DNA from: Clostridia bacterium
GTDB taxonomy: Bacteria; Bacillota; Clostridia; Christensenellales; CAG-138
Assembly: GCA_017619735.1 (NCBI GenBank)
Contig: JAFZRT010000020.1
Coordinates: 2,622-66,621 of the forward strand
DNA: 64,000 bases
Direction: 5' to 3'
Shown: piece after piece, positions 34,551 to 44,646 of the stretch
How the letters are laid out: each line of letters opens with the position of its first letter
How positions within the stretch are numbered: position 1 is the stretch's first letter
The notes under the pieces: model-generated
Seen by the model: the letters and a program-made list of their open reading frames with translations, nothing else
What the model was told of the DNA's origin: nothing
The model's database searches: none
Made by a program: the position numbers and the translations under genes

Positions 34551-36014
34551 TCAGTTGTCGGCCCTGTTGTAGCCGTTCTTCATGGTCTTCTGGGATTCGA
34601 GAAGGACGTTGTTCAGGGCCTTCGTCGATTCCTCCTTCGCCATCTTCGCAAGCTCGGCGTTCGCCTTCTCGCAGAGGGAGATACCGCCCGACGCCGCTAT
34701 CTTCGCGTCGTATTCGCGGATGATGCGCCTGCCCTCGGTCATGACCCTCGCCTGATAGCGCTGGATATGCTGTATGCAGGTGTTGTAGCTGTGGTCCGCA
34801 AGCGCGCCGATGAGGCAGCTGGCCCAATAGAAGTTCTCCGTCGAGACGTCGAGCGTGACGTCGGAAAGATACGGGGGCATCTTATGCACGTTGGGATAGA
34901 CGGGCAGGAGCGCGTCGAAGGTGGTGGAGCCGAAGCAGATCCACTCTATGCCGCGTATGGGCTCCGGCGCGTCCTTCCTTATCTGACAGACGGAGGTGAC
35001 GCCGGTGCGGTTGATGCCGATGGAGCGGTACTTGCCGCGCACGCCCGTATCCTGATTGAGATAGGGGTTATAGGGCGTGCCCTGATAATTGGAGGAGAGC
35101 ATGTATTTGACGTCCTCCACCGCGATCCTGCGGTCGGGCACGAAGCACCAGGGGATATTGTCGCTCTCCGGGCCGAATTCGGCGTTCTCGTCATCCCATC
35201 TGTGGGAATAGGGGGTAAGGAAGCGGCCCATGAACCATGCGCGCGGGGTGTTGTAGATATGGTCCTGATCCGAATGCGAGCCGAATATGTCGCGCGGGTC
35301 GAATCTGCCGCCCTGATTGCAGTCGAGGCGGTTGTCCGCAATGAACTCCCTAAGGTCGGCGGAGCAGATATGCGTCTTCTGCTTTCCTAAGGCGTCCTCC
35401 ATATCGAAAGAGTCCATGCCGAACTGATTGGGCATCACCACGACCGCGTCGTCGGGCACGCGCTTCGCCATCCAGTGATGGCCGCCGATGGTCTCCATCC
35501 ACCAGATCTCGTTCTCGTCATTGAACGCTATGCCGTTGGATTCGTACGTTCCGTACTTTTCGAGAAGCGCGCCGAGGCGCAGCACGCCCTCCCGCGCGGT
35601 CCTTATATAGGGGAGCACGAGCACAACGATATCCTCCTCGCCGATGCCTCCGGGGGTATCCTTTTCGCCGCGCTTCTTCGCCTTTTTGGGGACCACGAGT
35701 GGATCCGCCGAGAGCACGCGGGGATTCGAAGTGATGGTCTCCGTCGCGGTCATGCCGACGCCCGCGGCGTTGATGCCCGTCGCGGCCCAGACGCCGTTCT
35801 TCGTATCGACGCTGGGACAGGCGGTATAGCGCATGGGCTCCTCATTGAGCTCGATCTCGACATGGGAGATGACGGACTTGTATTTCCGCTTCTGATCCTT
35901 CGGTTCGACCACTATGAGCTTTTTGGTGTCGAAATGGCCGTCGTCCGTGCGGGCGATCATTGTTGAGCCGTCGTTCGAGGCCTTTCTTCCGACGAGTACT
36001 GTCGTGCAGGGCAT
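34551..36014 (-). CDS. C69-family dipeptidase
   Basis: MPCTTVLVGRKASNDGSTMIARTDD (N-terminal nucleophile Cys) and the expected length. Confidence 0.85.
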   Translation of the reverse strand: MPCTTVLVGRKASNDGSTMIARTDDGHFDTKKLIVVEPKDQKRKYKSVISHVEIELNEEPMRYTACPSVDTKNGVWAATGINAAGVGMTATETITSNPRVLSADPLVVPKKAKKRGEKDTPGGIGEEDIVVLVLPYIRTAREGVLRLGALLEKYGTYESNGIAFNDENEIWWMETIGGHHWMAKRVPDDAVVVMPNQFGMDSFDMEDALGKQKTHICSADLREFIADNRLDCNQGGRFDPRDIFGSHSDQDHIYNTPRAWFMGRFLTPYSHRWDDENAEFGPESDNIPWCFVPDRRIAVEDVKYMLSSNYQGTPYNPYLNQDTGVRGKYRSIGINRTGVTSVCQIRKDAPEPIRGIEWICFGSTTFDALLPVYPNVHKMPPYLSDVTLDVSTENFYWASCLIGALADHSYNTCIQHIQRYQARVMTEGRRIIREYDAKIAASGGISLCEKANAELAKMAKEESTKALNNVLLESQKTMKNGYNRADN

Positions 36015-36083
36015 ATAGTTACCTTCCTTCCGTATAGTATCAGGAACGCGGCCTGAGGCCGCGTTCCTTCGTTTGTTATTCGG

Positions 36084-36830
36084 TTATTCCTCTTCCTCTT
36101 CCTCGGGAAGATTCGCGTTGTGGTAGACGTTCTGGACGTCGTCGTCGTCATCGAACATGTCGAGGAGCCGCTGCACCTTCATCACCATTTCGGGATCGGA
36201 GACGTCGACGGTGGTCTGGGGGATCATCTCGACCTCGCCGGAGAGGATGTTGAGGCCCATGCCCTCCAGCGCCTCGCGCACGGAGTAGTAATCGTTGGGC
36301 GCGGTGTACACCTCGAAGCAGTCGTCCTGCGGCACGAAATCCTCCGCGCCGGCATCGAGAGCGGTCATCATGAGCTCGTCCTCGTCGGAGTCGGAGGCGC
36401 GCTCGATAACGATGACGCCCTTCTTGTCGAACATGTAGGATACGCAGCCGGTGTTGCCCATGCCGTTGCCGTACTTGTCGAAGATGTGGCGGAGCTCCGC
36501 GGCGGTGCGGTTCTTGTTGTCGGTGACGACCTCGACTATGAGGGCGATGCCGGCGGGACCGTAACCTTCGTAGGTGCCCTCCTCGTAGTTGACGCCGGCG
36601 CCTTCGCCGACGGCCTTCTTGATGGAGCGGTTGATGTTGTCGTTGGGCATGTTCGCGGCCTTCGCCTTTGCGATGACGTCGCGAAGCTTGGAGTTGTTGG
36701 CGGGATCGCCGCCGCCCTCCTTGACGGCTATGGCTATTTCACGGCCGATCTTCGTGAAGATCTTTCCCCTCGCGTTATCGGTCTTTTCCTTCTTGTTCTT
36801 GATATTGGCCCATTTGGAATGTCCGGACAT
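36084..36830 (-). CDS. yebC: YebC/PmpR-family transcriptional regulator
   Basis: [32 protein letters not shown]... is the canonical sequence. Confidence 0.95.
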   Translation of the reverse strand: MSGHSKWANIKNKKEKTDNARGKIFTKIGREIAIAVKEGGGDPANNSKLRDVIAKAKAANMPNDNINRSIKKAVGEGAGVNYEEGTYEGYGPAGIALIVEVVTDNKNRTAAELRHIFDKYGNGMGNTGCVSYMFDKKGVIVIERASDSDEDELMMTALDAGAEDFVPQDDCFEVYTAPNDYYSVREALEGMGLNILSGEVEMIPQTTVDVSDPEMVMKVQRLLDMFDDDDDVQNVYHNANLPEEEEEE

Positions 36831-36860
36831 ATTGTTTGTACCTCCCGTACGATAGATTGT

Positions 36861-37589
36861 TTACTGTATTGGTTTGCAGATCGCGACTACCCTCGTTTTT
36901 GACATCTGCAGATCGTAATCGAAGTCACCCAGACAGGTGATGAGGGTCAGCCTCGTTTCGCCGCCCTGCTCCATGACGGAGGCGGGCACGGCGTCATATC
37001 GGTATTGCTGTATTGATTCGACCTCATAAAACACGCAGTTCCCGTTTTCCATCGTGACGCACACGCGGTCCCCGATCTCAAGGCCCTTATGCAGTATGGA
37101 GAAGAGCCCCTTTTGACCGTGATACCTGTTGTGCCCCGCGATGATGCAGTTGCCGGGGGAGTTCGGCGCAGCGCCGAGCTCGTACCAGCCCGCGATGTTG
37201 TAGACGGGGACGGTGTCCATCTCGCCCTTGTCGTTGATCCCGACGGGCACCACCGCAACGGCAATGTTGTGTCCCTCGAAATAGATGCTGACCGGCGGGG
37301 ACGGCGCTTCCTCCGTCGGCTCCGGCGTGGGCGCCGCTGTCGGCCCAGGGTCGTACGTGCCCGATGGCCCGGGGGTCGGCGTCGTCCGCGGTATGAGCGG
37401 CGGGAAAGTGACGTCCGGGATCTCGGCCGTGTTCCTGTTGAACAGGCCCGTCTGATCCCGCAGGATGATGAATACGCCGGTGAGTATCAAAAGAGCCGCG
37501 ACGATGTAAAGCACCGTGTTGAACCTGCGGTTCTTTTTGCGGCGCTCCTCGCGTTCGGTATCTTCGGTTTTGGGCATATTTTGCATCAT
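36861..37589 (-). CDS. Sortase-family transpeptidase
   Basis: N-terminal TM anchor, IIAGHNRYHG (His) and LTLITC (TLxTC catalytic Cys). Confidence 0.75.
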   Translation of the reverse strand: MMQNMPKTEDTEREERRKKNRRFNTVLYIVAALLILTGVFIILRDQTGLFNRNTAEIPDVTFPPLIPRTTPTPGPSGTYDPGPTAAPTPEPTEEAPSPPVSIYFEGHNIAVAVVPVGINDKGEMDTVPVYNIAGWYELGAAPNSPGNCIIAGHNRYHGQKGLFSILHKGLEIGDRVCVTMENGNCVFYEVESIQQYRYDAVPASVMEQGGETRLTLITCLGDFDYDLQMSKTRVVAICKPIQ

Positions 37590-37619
37590 ACCATGGTATT
37601 ATAACAAAATAATCGGGTA

Positions 37620-37648
37620 TTGGCAACATAAAAAAAATATGTTATAAT
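37620..37648 (+). promoter_or_regulatory. Sigma-70-type promoter (TTGGCA, 17 nt, TATAAT) for argS
   Basis: Read directly. A GC-rich ~130-nt leader follows. Confidence 0.6.
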
Positions 37649-37781
37649 GATTTGGTCATAATTATTTTGGGGCGATATGCCCCTGCGGGCGGGTGTTTCG
37701 CCCCCCGCGGCAGTATTTGAACAAACGGCCGGGCCCGGCCGGGAAAGGCCGCCCCTCATTCGGGCGGGCGGGATCAAGTTT

Positions 37782-39482
37782 ATGAACATCAAGGACAGTA
37801 TTGCGCTGAAGGTGAGCGAGCTTTCCGGAATCTCCGCGGAGGAGATAGCCGGCTGGTTCGAAACGCCCCCCACGCCCGACAAGGGCGATATCGCTCTCCC
37901 CTGCTTCAAGCTTGCGAGGACGCTCAGGAAGGCGCCGCCCATGATAGCGGCCGATCTCTCCGCCGCTTTCGCGGGATTTTCCGGCATAGTTAAGGCCGAG
38001 CCCGCCGGCGGCTACCTCAACTTCTTCCTCGACCGCACGGGCGAGGCGAAGAACCTTATACTGAAGGTGCTCGACGAGGGCTCCTCCTTCGGCTCCTCCG
38101 ACGAGGGCGGCATGAGGAACGTCTGCATCGACTTCTCCTCCATCAACATCTGCAAGCCCTTCGGCGTGCATCATATCACGACGACGGTCCTCGGACACTC
38201 CCTTTCGAGGATATTCAGACACCTCGGTTTCAACCCCGTCAGGATCAACCATCTCGGCGACTGGGGCACGCAGTTCGGCAAGATGCTCGTCGCCTTCAAA
38301 AAATGGGGCGACCGCGGGAAGATCGAAAACGCGGAGAGCCCCATGCGCGAGCTCGTCGATCTTTACGTCAAATTCCATCAGGAGGCTGAGGAGCATCCCG
38401 AGCTGGAGGATGAGGCGCGCGCCGCGTTCCGCTCCATCGAGCTGCACGATCCCGAAAACTGGGCGCTTTACGACTGGTTCAAGGAGATGACTCTGAAGGA
38501 GGCGCAGCGCACCTACGATCTTCTGGGAGTTGAGTTCGACAGCTATAACGGCGAGGCGTTCTATGAGGACAAGATGCCCGCCGTCATTAAGGAGCTGCAG
38601 GACAAGGGCGTCACCACCGTCGACAACGGCATGACGATAGTGGATCTTTCGGCCTACGACATGCCCCCCTGCCTCATTTTGAAATCCAACGGCGGCACCA
38701 TCTACCCCACGCGCGATATCACCGCCGCGATCTACCGCAAAAACACCTACGATTTCTATAAAAACCTTTACGTCGTCGCCTATCAGCAGAACCTCCATTT
38801 CAGGCAGGTGTTCAAGACGCTGGAGCTCATGGGCTACGATTGGGCGAAGGACTGTGTGCACGTCAACTTCGGCATGATCTCAATGCCCGAGGGGACTTTC
38901 TCCACAAGGAAGGGCAACGCCATCTACCTCGAGGACGTGCTTTTGAAGGCCATCGAAAAGACCAAGGCGATAATGACCGAGAAGAGCCCCGATCTGCCCA
39001 ACATGGACGAGGTCGCGCGCCAGATCGGCGTAGGCGCCGTCGTGTGGGGCCCGCTGTACTCCTCCCGCATAAAGGACTTCACGTTCAGCTGGGACAAGGC
39101 GCTGAACTTCGAGGGCGAGACCGCGCCCTACGCGCAGTACACCCACGCGAGGTGCTGCTCCGTATTGAGGAAGGCCGGCGCATATAACGTCGAAAAGGCC
39201 GATTGGAGCTGTCTTGAGAACGAGAGCTGCGTCGCCCTAATAAAGGCGATAGGCGCGCTGCCCGCCTCCATAGCGAGCGCGGCCGAGAAGTATGAGCCCT
39301 ACCTCATTTCGAGGAACGTCATCGACATCTGCTCCGCATTCAACAAGTTCTATTTCGAGAACCGCATAATGGACGACGACGAGGGCGTGAAAGCCGCCCG
39401 TCTCGCCCTTACCGACGCCGCAAGGACGGCGATCAAGACCGGTCTGTACCTCGTCGGGATAGAGGCGCCGGAGAGGATGTAA
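37782..39482 (+). CDS. argS: Arginine--tRNA ligase
   Basis: MNIKDSIALKV... N-domain, catalytic core and C-terminal anticodon-binding YAQYTHARCCSVLRKAG. I moved the start to ATG 37782. Confidence 0.95.
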   Translation: MNIKDSIALKVSELSGISAEEIAGWFETPPTPDKGDIALPCFKLARTLRKAPPMIAADLSAAFAGFSGIVKAEPAGGYLNFFLDRTGEAKNLILKVLDEGSSFGSSDEGGMRNVCIDFSSINICKPFGVHHITTTVLGHSLSRIFRHLGFNPVRINHLGDWGTQFGKMLVAFKKWGDRGKIENAESPMRELVDLYVKFHQEAEEHPELEDEARAAFRSIELHDPENWALYDWFKEMTLKEAQRTYDLLGVEFDSYNGEAFYEDKMPAVIKELQDKGVTTVDNGMTIVDLSAYDMPPCLILKSNGGTIYPTRDITAAIYRKNTYDFYKNLYVVAYQQNLHFRQVFKTLELMGYDWAKDCVHVNFGMISMPEGTFSTRKGNAIYLEDVLLKAIEKTKAIMTEKSPDLPNMDEVARQIGVGAVVWGPLYSSRIKDFTFSWDKALNFEGETAPYAQYTHARCCSVLRKAGAYNVEKADWSCLENESCVALIKAIGALPASIASAAEKYEPYLISRNVIDICSAFNKFYFENRIMDDDEGVKAARLALTDAARTAIKTGLYLVGIEAPERM

Positions 39483-39545
39483 CGGCCGGTATCGATCAGC
39501 GAACAAACACACCGACATATCAATAATTCGAAAGGAAGCAATATC

Positions 39546-40641
39546 ATGATCATCATGGATGAGTACCGTCAGCAGCTGACGGCTACCATTGCTGCCCTCA
39601 AGCAGGCGGGTGAATCCCTTTAAGGTCGCTGAGCTTGCAGAGGAAAAGAAACAGCTTGAAGAGGAAATGGGCAGGGACGGCTTCTGGGACGACGTCGAGA
39701 ACGCCAACAAGATCAACCAGCGCATGAAGTCCATATCCGGCAAGCTCGACAAATACGACAAGCTCAACGCCATGTGCGAGGATTTCGAAGTCCTCATGGA
39801 CATGGGCGAGGAGGACGAGGACATGGCGAACGAAGTCCCCGAGGCCTTTGAAAAGCTCAACAAGGCCGTGGAGGATTTCCATCTTGCTGCGCTCCTGACC
39901 GGCCCCTACGACAGCTATAACGCGGTGCTGTCGCTCCACGCCGGCGCGGGCGGCACCGAGGCGCAGGATTGGGTCAGCATGCTCTACCGCATGTACGTCC
40001 GCTACTGCGAAAGATGCGGCTACACCGTCAAGGAGCTCGACCTTCTGGATGGCGAGGAAGCCGGCATCAAGTCCGTCACATTCGAGGTGCAGGGCGAAAA
40101 CGCCTACGGCTACCTGAAGGCCGAGAAGGGCGTGCACCGTCTCGTCCGCATCAGCCCCTTCGACTCCTCGGGAAGACGCCACACATCATTCGCGTCCCTC
40201 GACGTGACGCCGATACTCACCGAGGACGACAACTCGATCGAGATAAAGCCCGAGGATATCCGCATCGACACCTATCGTTCCGGCGGCGCCGGCGGTCAGA
40301 ACGTCAACAAGGTCTCCTCCGCCATCCGCATAACCCACTTTGCGACGGGCATAGTCGTCCAGTGTCAGAACGAAAGGAGCCAGCTCCAGAACAAGGAAGT
40401 CGCGATGCGCATACTGAAGGGCAAACTCCTTGAGATCAAGGAGCGCGAGCGCATGGAGAAGATGGCGGACATAAAGGGCGAGCTCAAGAAGATCGAATGG
40501 GGCAGTCAGATCCGCTCATACGTCTTCCAGCCCTACACCATGGTCAAGGATCACCGCACCGGCTGCGAGACGGGCAATATCCAGGCAGTCATGGACGGCG
40601 AGATAGACGAGTTCATACATCAGTATCTGATAAAGATGTGA
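39546..40641 (+). CDS. prfB: Peptide chain release factor 2, made by a programmed +1 frameshift at 39618-39624
   Basis: Frame 0 reads ATG 39546 ... CTT TAA (stop at 39621-39623). The +1 frame continues AAG GTC GCT... into the 350-aa ORF carrying the SPF (RISPFDSSGRR) and GGQ (SGGAGGQNVNK) motifs. RBS AAAGGAAG lies upstream of the ATG. Confidence 0.9.
39618..39624 (+). other. RF2 autoregulatory +1 frameshift site CTT TAA G
   Basis: A CUU-U slippery codon followed by an in-frame stop, with the SD-like GGCGGGTG a few nt upstream. This matches the classical prfB motif, with UAA here instead of UGA. Confidence 0.85.
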
Positions 40642-40670
40642 GAAAAACCAACTGAACCTCGGAGGATACT

Positions 40671-42488
40671 ATGCAGGCAATCATACTTGCTGCCGGAATG
40701 GGCAAACGCCTTAAAGAATTGACAAAGGACAACACCAAGTGCATGGTGAAGGTCAACGGGGTCACATTGATCGACCGCATGCTCCACCAAATCGAAAAAT
40801 ACCGTCTGTCAAGGATAGTGATCGTTGTTGGCTATGAGGGGCAAAAACTTATTGACTATATCGGTACACTTGATATCAAAACGCCGATCGTTTATGTGAA
40901 TAATCCCATTTATGACGTTACCAACAACATCTACTCCCTGGCTTTAGCCAAGGACTGGCTGGCAAAGGAGGATACTCTGCTGTTCGAGTCCGATCTGATC
41001 TTTGAGGATTCAGTACTCGAGATGCTCGTCTCCGACCCGCGCGAATCACTTGCCTTGGTCGACAAATACGAATCATGGATGGACGGTACTTGCGTCAAGC
41101 TTGCCGACGACGATTCGATTTCCACGTTCGTTCCGGGTAAAAAACTTGATTTCAGCGAGACCGACGAGTATTTCAAGACCGTCAACATCTATAAGTTCAG
41201 CAAGCATTTTTCCGAGACCCATTACGTGCCTTTCCTCGTAGCATATCAATCCGCTTTGGGAAGAAACGAATATTACGAGCAGGTGCTTCGCGTAATCACC
41301 ATGCTCGACGATTCCGAGCTGAAAGCCAAACGTTTGTCCGGGCAAAGATGGTATGAGATTGACGATATCCAGGATCTTGATATAGCCGAATCAATTTTCA
41401 CTCCCGACGAGGATGAGCGCGTCAACCTCCTTCAGGGGAGATACGGGGGATATTGGCGTTATCCTAAACTGATGGATTTCTGTTATCTTGTCAATCCCTA
41501 TTTTCCTCCGAAACGGATGGTCGACGAGATGGCCGCCAATTTCGACACACTTCTGCGTCAGTACCCCAGCGGGATGAAAGTCAACTCCCTTCTTGCCGCA
41601 ATGAATTTCAACGTACACCAGGATAATATAGTGGTCGGCAACGGAGCTGCTGAACTGATCAAGTCCCTTGTTGAGAGTTTCACCGGGAAAACAGGAATTA
41701 TACGGCCTACATTTGAGGAGTATTCACATAGGTACGATCCCGAGAAACTCGTCGTGTACTGGCCCGATAATGATGACTATGCCTATTCTGCTCAGGATTT
41801 GATCGATTTCTTCGGTGATAAAGGCATCGACAACCTGATCCTCATCAACCCGGACAACCCCTCCGGCAACTATCTTGTCAAATCAGATGTCATTCGACTT
41901 ATCAGATGGACTGCCGAAAATGGTATTGTTCTGGTTTTGGACGAGTCCTTTGCCGATTTCGCGGACGAGCCCGATAACTCGTTCTTCGATCAAAAGCTGC
42001 TTGAAGCGAATCCACACCTATATGTAATGAAAAGCATTTCCAAATCGTTCGGTGTCCCCGGTTTAAGGCTCGGGGTGCTTGCCTCGGGAAATACAAATGC
42101 TATCGCACGCATGAAAAAGGACATCGCGATCTGGAACATCAACTCTTTCGCTGAGTTTTATCTGCAGATCGCTCAAAAATACAGGAAGGATTACTCTGGT
42201 GCTTTGGAGCTCTTCCGCGAGGAGCGAGCCCGATTCATTACGGAGCTTTCAAAGATACCCGGGCTTAGAGTTGTTCCCACTCAGGCAAATTACGTGATGG
42301 CTGAAGTCACAAACGGCATTAGCGCAGCTGAACTGACCAGAGTTTTGATTGCAAAACACAGTATCCTGATCAAAAATCTGAATTCAAAGATGGACAAAAA
42401 GAATCGACAGTTCATCAGGATTGCGGTAAGGGACGAATCAGACAACAATATGCTTATTTCTTCAATAAGAGAATCGTTTTCACTTTGA
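40671..42488 (+). CDS. Bifunctional LicC-like nucleotidyl(cytidylyl)transferase / class I-II PLP enzyme (HisC/CobD-like aminotransferase or decarboxylase)
   Basis: N-terminus MQAIILAAGMGKRLKELTKDNTKCMVKVNG (G-x-G-x-R-L NTP-transferase motif). C-terminal half has LINPDNPSGNY and SISKSFGVPGLRLGV (PLP-Lys motif of the HisC/CobD subgroup). The gene is AT-rich. Confidence 0.75.
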   Translation: MQAIILAAGMGKRLKELTKDNTKCMVKVNGVTLIDRMLHQIEKYRLSRIVIVVGYEGQKLIDYIGTLDIKTPIVYVNNPIYDVTNNIYSLALAKDWLAKEDTLLFESDLIFEDSVLEMLVSDPRESLALVDKYESWMDGTCVKLADDDSISTFVPGKKLDFSETDEYFKTVNIYKFSKHFSETHYVPFLVAYQSALGRNEYYEQVLRVITMLDDSELKAKRLSGQRWYEIDDIQDLDIAESIFTPDEDERVNLLQGRYGGYWRYPKLMDFCYLVNPYFPPKRMVDEMAANFDTLLRQYPSGMKVNSLLAAMNFNVHQDNIVVGNGAAELIKSLVESFTGKTGIIRPTFEEYSHRYDPEKLVVYWPDNDDYAYSAQDLIDFFGDKGIDNLILINPDNPSGNYLVKSDVIRLIRWTAENGIVLVLDESFADFADEPDNSFFDQKLLEANPHLYVMKSISKSFGVPGLRLGVLASGNTNAIARMKKDIAIWNINSFAEFYLQIAQKYRKDYSGALELFREERARFITELSKIPGLRVVPTQANYVMAEVTNGISAAELTRVLIAKHSILIKNLNSKMDKKNRQFIRIAVRDESDNNMLISSIRESFSL

Positions 42489-42522
42489 ATTGGCATGTCA
42501 TGATGTTAACGGGGATAATGAA

Positions 42523-43581
42523 ATGCAGATTATTAAACGGATAATAATACGGATCCTCATGATCCCGCAGAGATTGGTTGGCTTTATAAAGAGTATTAGC
42601 AAAGCAATGGAAAACTCATATTGGCCTGACGAACCGCACAAATCCAGATTCAAGCAGATCTGCGAATTGATTAACTGGAGGTTCAAGAACAAGGAAATAA
42701 ATGAGTTTTATACTCTTTATGGTTTCGATCGCAAAAACGAATCAATAGATCAGACCTCATACATTGACTACCGCTCATTTGCCGGTTTGCGTTGGAATGG
42801 AAATAAAAACGGTACTAATTATTCTCAAGTAGCTCTCCTGCGCGACAAGTATCTGTTTTTTAAGTTCATGTCCCTTAACCGGCTTCCGGTCCCGAAGGTC
42901 TTTGCTGAAAGGATTAGCGGTTGCTTTTTTGACAGCGATCTCAATCAAACGACGGTCGATTCTATTCTATCTCACGGAAGCTTCTTTGCCAAGTCACTTG
43001 ACGGTGAATGTGGCGAGAACGTTAAGCTCATTGAAGATCACTCCGCTTTCTCTCAGTACCTGTCTTCTGTGGAAAAAAGCGATCTTGTATTTCAGGATCG
43101 CGTCGTTCAGCATCATGAAATGAGCAGACTGAACCCCCATTCGGTCAACACCATCCGACTCGTTACAGTAAACAAAAACAATGATGTTCAGGTTTTCGGA
43201 GCATTGCTTAGGGTAGGCACTGTTGACAGTAAAGAAAGGGACAACACTTCACAAGGCGGTATCGCTATCGGCATCAACCCCGACGGTTCATTGACTCCCA
43301 TAGGTATCCGAAAGCCGAAGTATGGCGGCAGGATCGAAAAGCATCCCGATACCGGCGTTGTATTCTCGTCGTTTACGATACCTTACTATAAAGAAGCTGT
43401 AGAGCTGGCCTGCCGCGCTCACAGAGCATTTTACAGAGTCGGGTCTATCGGATGGGATATTGCTATTACTCCGGACGGGCCGGTATTCATTGAGGGAAAC
43501 GACAACTGGGAAATACAGTCATTTCAAGCTCTCTACGGCGGGTTAAGAGACCGCTGCAATGAGATGATGAGTGTCAAATAA
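42523..43581 (+). CDS. TupA-like (sugar-transfer-associated) ATP-grasp ligase, second copy
   Basis: FFAKSLDGECGENVKLIED ... NTSQGGIAIGINPDGSL ... IGWDIAITPDGPVFIEGNDNWEIQ. The start is uncertain (TTG 42490 or ATG 42523). Confidence 0.65.
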   Translation: MQIIKRIIIRILMIPQRLVGFIKSISKAMENSYWPDEPHKSRFKQICELINWRFKNKEINEFYTLYGFDRKNESIDQTSYIDYRSFAGLRWNGNKNGTNYSQVALLRDKYLFFKFMSLNRLPVPKVFAERISGCFFDSDLNQTTVDSILSHGSFFAKSLDGECGENVKLIEDHSAFSQYLSSVEKSDLVFQDRVVQHHEMSRLNPHSVNTIRLVTVNKNNDVQVFGALLRVGTVDSKERDNTSQGGIAIGINPDGSLTPIGIRKPKYGGRIEKHPDTGVVFSSFTIPYYKEAVELACRAHRAFYRVGSIGWDIAITPDGPVFIEGNDNWEIQSFQALYGGLRDRCNEMMSVK

Positions 43582-43607
43582 ACTATTATTATTTCGGAGA
43601 AACAGTT

Positions 43608-44570
43608 ATGAAGCTAATTACATTCAGCGATATTCAGTCTTTATCCATTCCCCCACGGACATGTTACGACTGGGTTGAAAAGGCCCTCCTCAGCAAGAGC
43701 AATTCTCTGCTGCCCCCCAAGATACACATGAACATGGACGGGAACATCTTTTGCAATGTTATGCCGAGCATCGTCAATCTTGACGGTTCCTCCTGGTGCG
43801 GCATCAAGACAGTAACCAGATATCCGCAGAACACTCCGTCTCTCGAAAGCAGGCTTCTGCTGCTTGATGCCGAGCGAGGAGAATACCTTGCGCTTATGGA
43901 CGCTACATGGATTACTGCGATGCGTACCGGAGCGGTCGCCGCTCATTCCATTATGACGTTTGCGAATCCCGGTTTCAAAACTATCGGAATGATCGGTCTC
44001 GGAAATACTGCAAGAGCTGCGTTGGAGATCCTTTCCTCGGTTGTCAACGGAGATCTCGATATCAAGCTCCTGCGGTACAAGGATCAGGCAGAGCAATTCA
44101 ATGACAGGTTTAGCGGCAATAATAAACTGCACTTCAGCATTGTCGACGATGTGAAAAACGTCGTTAAAGGGTCAGAGGTCGTTGTTTCCTGTGCGACCTA
44201 TTTTGCCGATGATATTTGCAGCGATGATTGCTTTGACGAAGGTGTGTTGGTCGTTCCCGTTCACACCCGTGGATTTACAAATTGCGATTTGTTCTTTGAC
44301 AAGGTCTTTGCGGATGACAGGGGCCATGTCGACCATTTTAAAAACTTCGCAAAGTTCAAATACTTTGCGGAAGTCAGCGACGTTATCTGCGGTAAAGCGA
44401 ATGGACGCACGAGCAACAAAGAGAGGATTCTCGCATATAACATCGGCATATCTTTACATGACGTCTATTTTGCGGCAGAGATATTCAATATGCTTAAAAA
44501 CCGAAGAGATGTGTTCGAATCGTTACTTGATCTCGAGTTTAATGAGCCGAAAGCCAAGTTCTGGGTATGA
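43608..44570 (+). CDS. Ornithine cyclodeaminase / mu-crystallin family NAD-dependent enzyme
   Basis: GIKTVTRYPQN ... DATWITAMRTGAVAAHS ... IGMIGLGNTARAALE (Rossmann) is typical of the OCD_Mu_crystall family. Confidence 0.8.
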   Translation: MKLITFSDIQSLSIPPRTCYDWVEKALLSKSNSLLPPKIHMNMDGNIFCNVMPSIVNLDGSSWCGIKTVTRYPQNTPSLESRLLLLDAERGEYLALMDATWITAMRTGAVAAHSIMTFANPGFKTIGMIGLGNTARAALEILSSVVNGDLDIKLLRYKDQAEQFNDRFSGNNKLHFSIVDDVKNVVKGSEVVVSCATYFADDICSDDCFDEGVLVVPVHTRGFTNCDLFFDKVFADDRGHVDHFKNFAKFKYFAEVSDVICGKANGRTSNKERILAYNIGISLHDVYFAAEIFNMLKNRRDVFESLLDLEFNEPKAKFWV

Positions 44571-44646
44571 AACAAAAACAATAACACGCTTTGAGAGTAC
44601 ATTTGCATACGTAGATGCAGGTTTTCGTGGCACTCAGTTAAAAAGC

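Noticed and set aside
36861-37589. The sortase gene, considered as part of a pilus or adhesin system together with the large surface protein.
   Set aside because: The surface protein has no LPXTG-like sorting signal, lies 11 kb away on the other strand, and has no pilin-like genes flanking the sortase. No link can be supported from this window.
37649-37781. The GC-rich, hairpin-rich ~130-nt leader between the argS promoter and ATG 37782. I suspected a T-box, as is common for argS in Firmicutes.
   Set aside because: It has no GGGTGGTACC-type T-box sequence, no AGAGA/GNUGGA stem-I features and no terminator with a U-run. I cannot assign it to any riboswitch class by eye, and it may just be structured 5' UTR. 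An Rfam scan would settle it.
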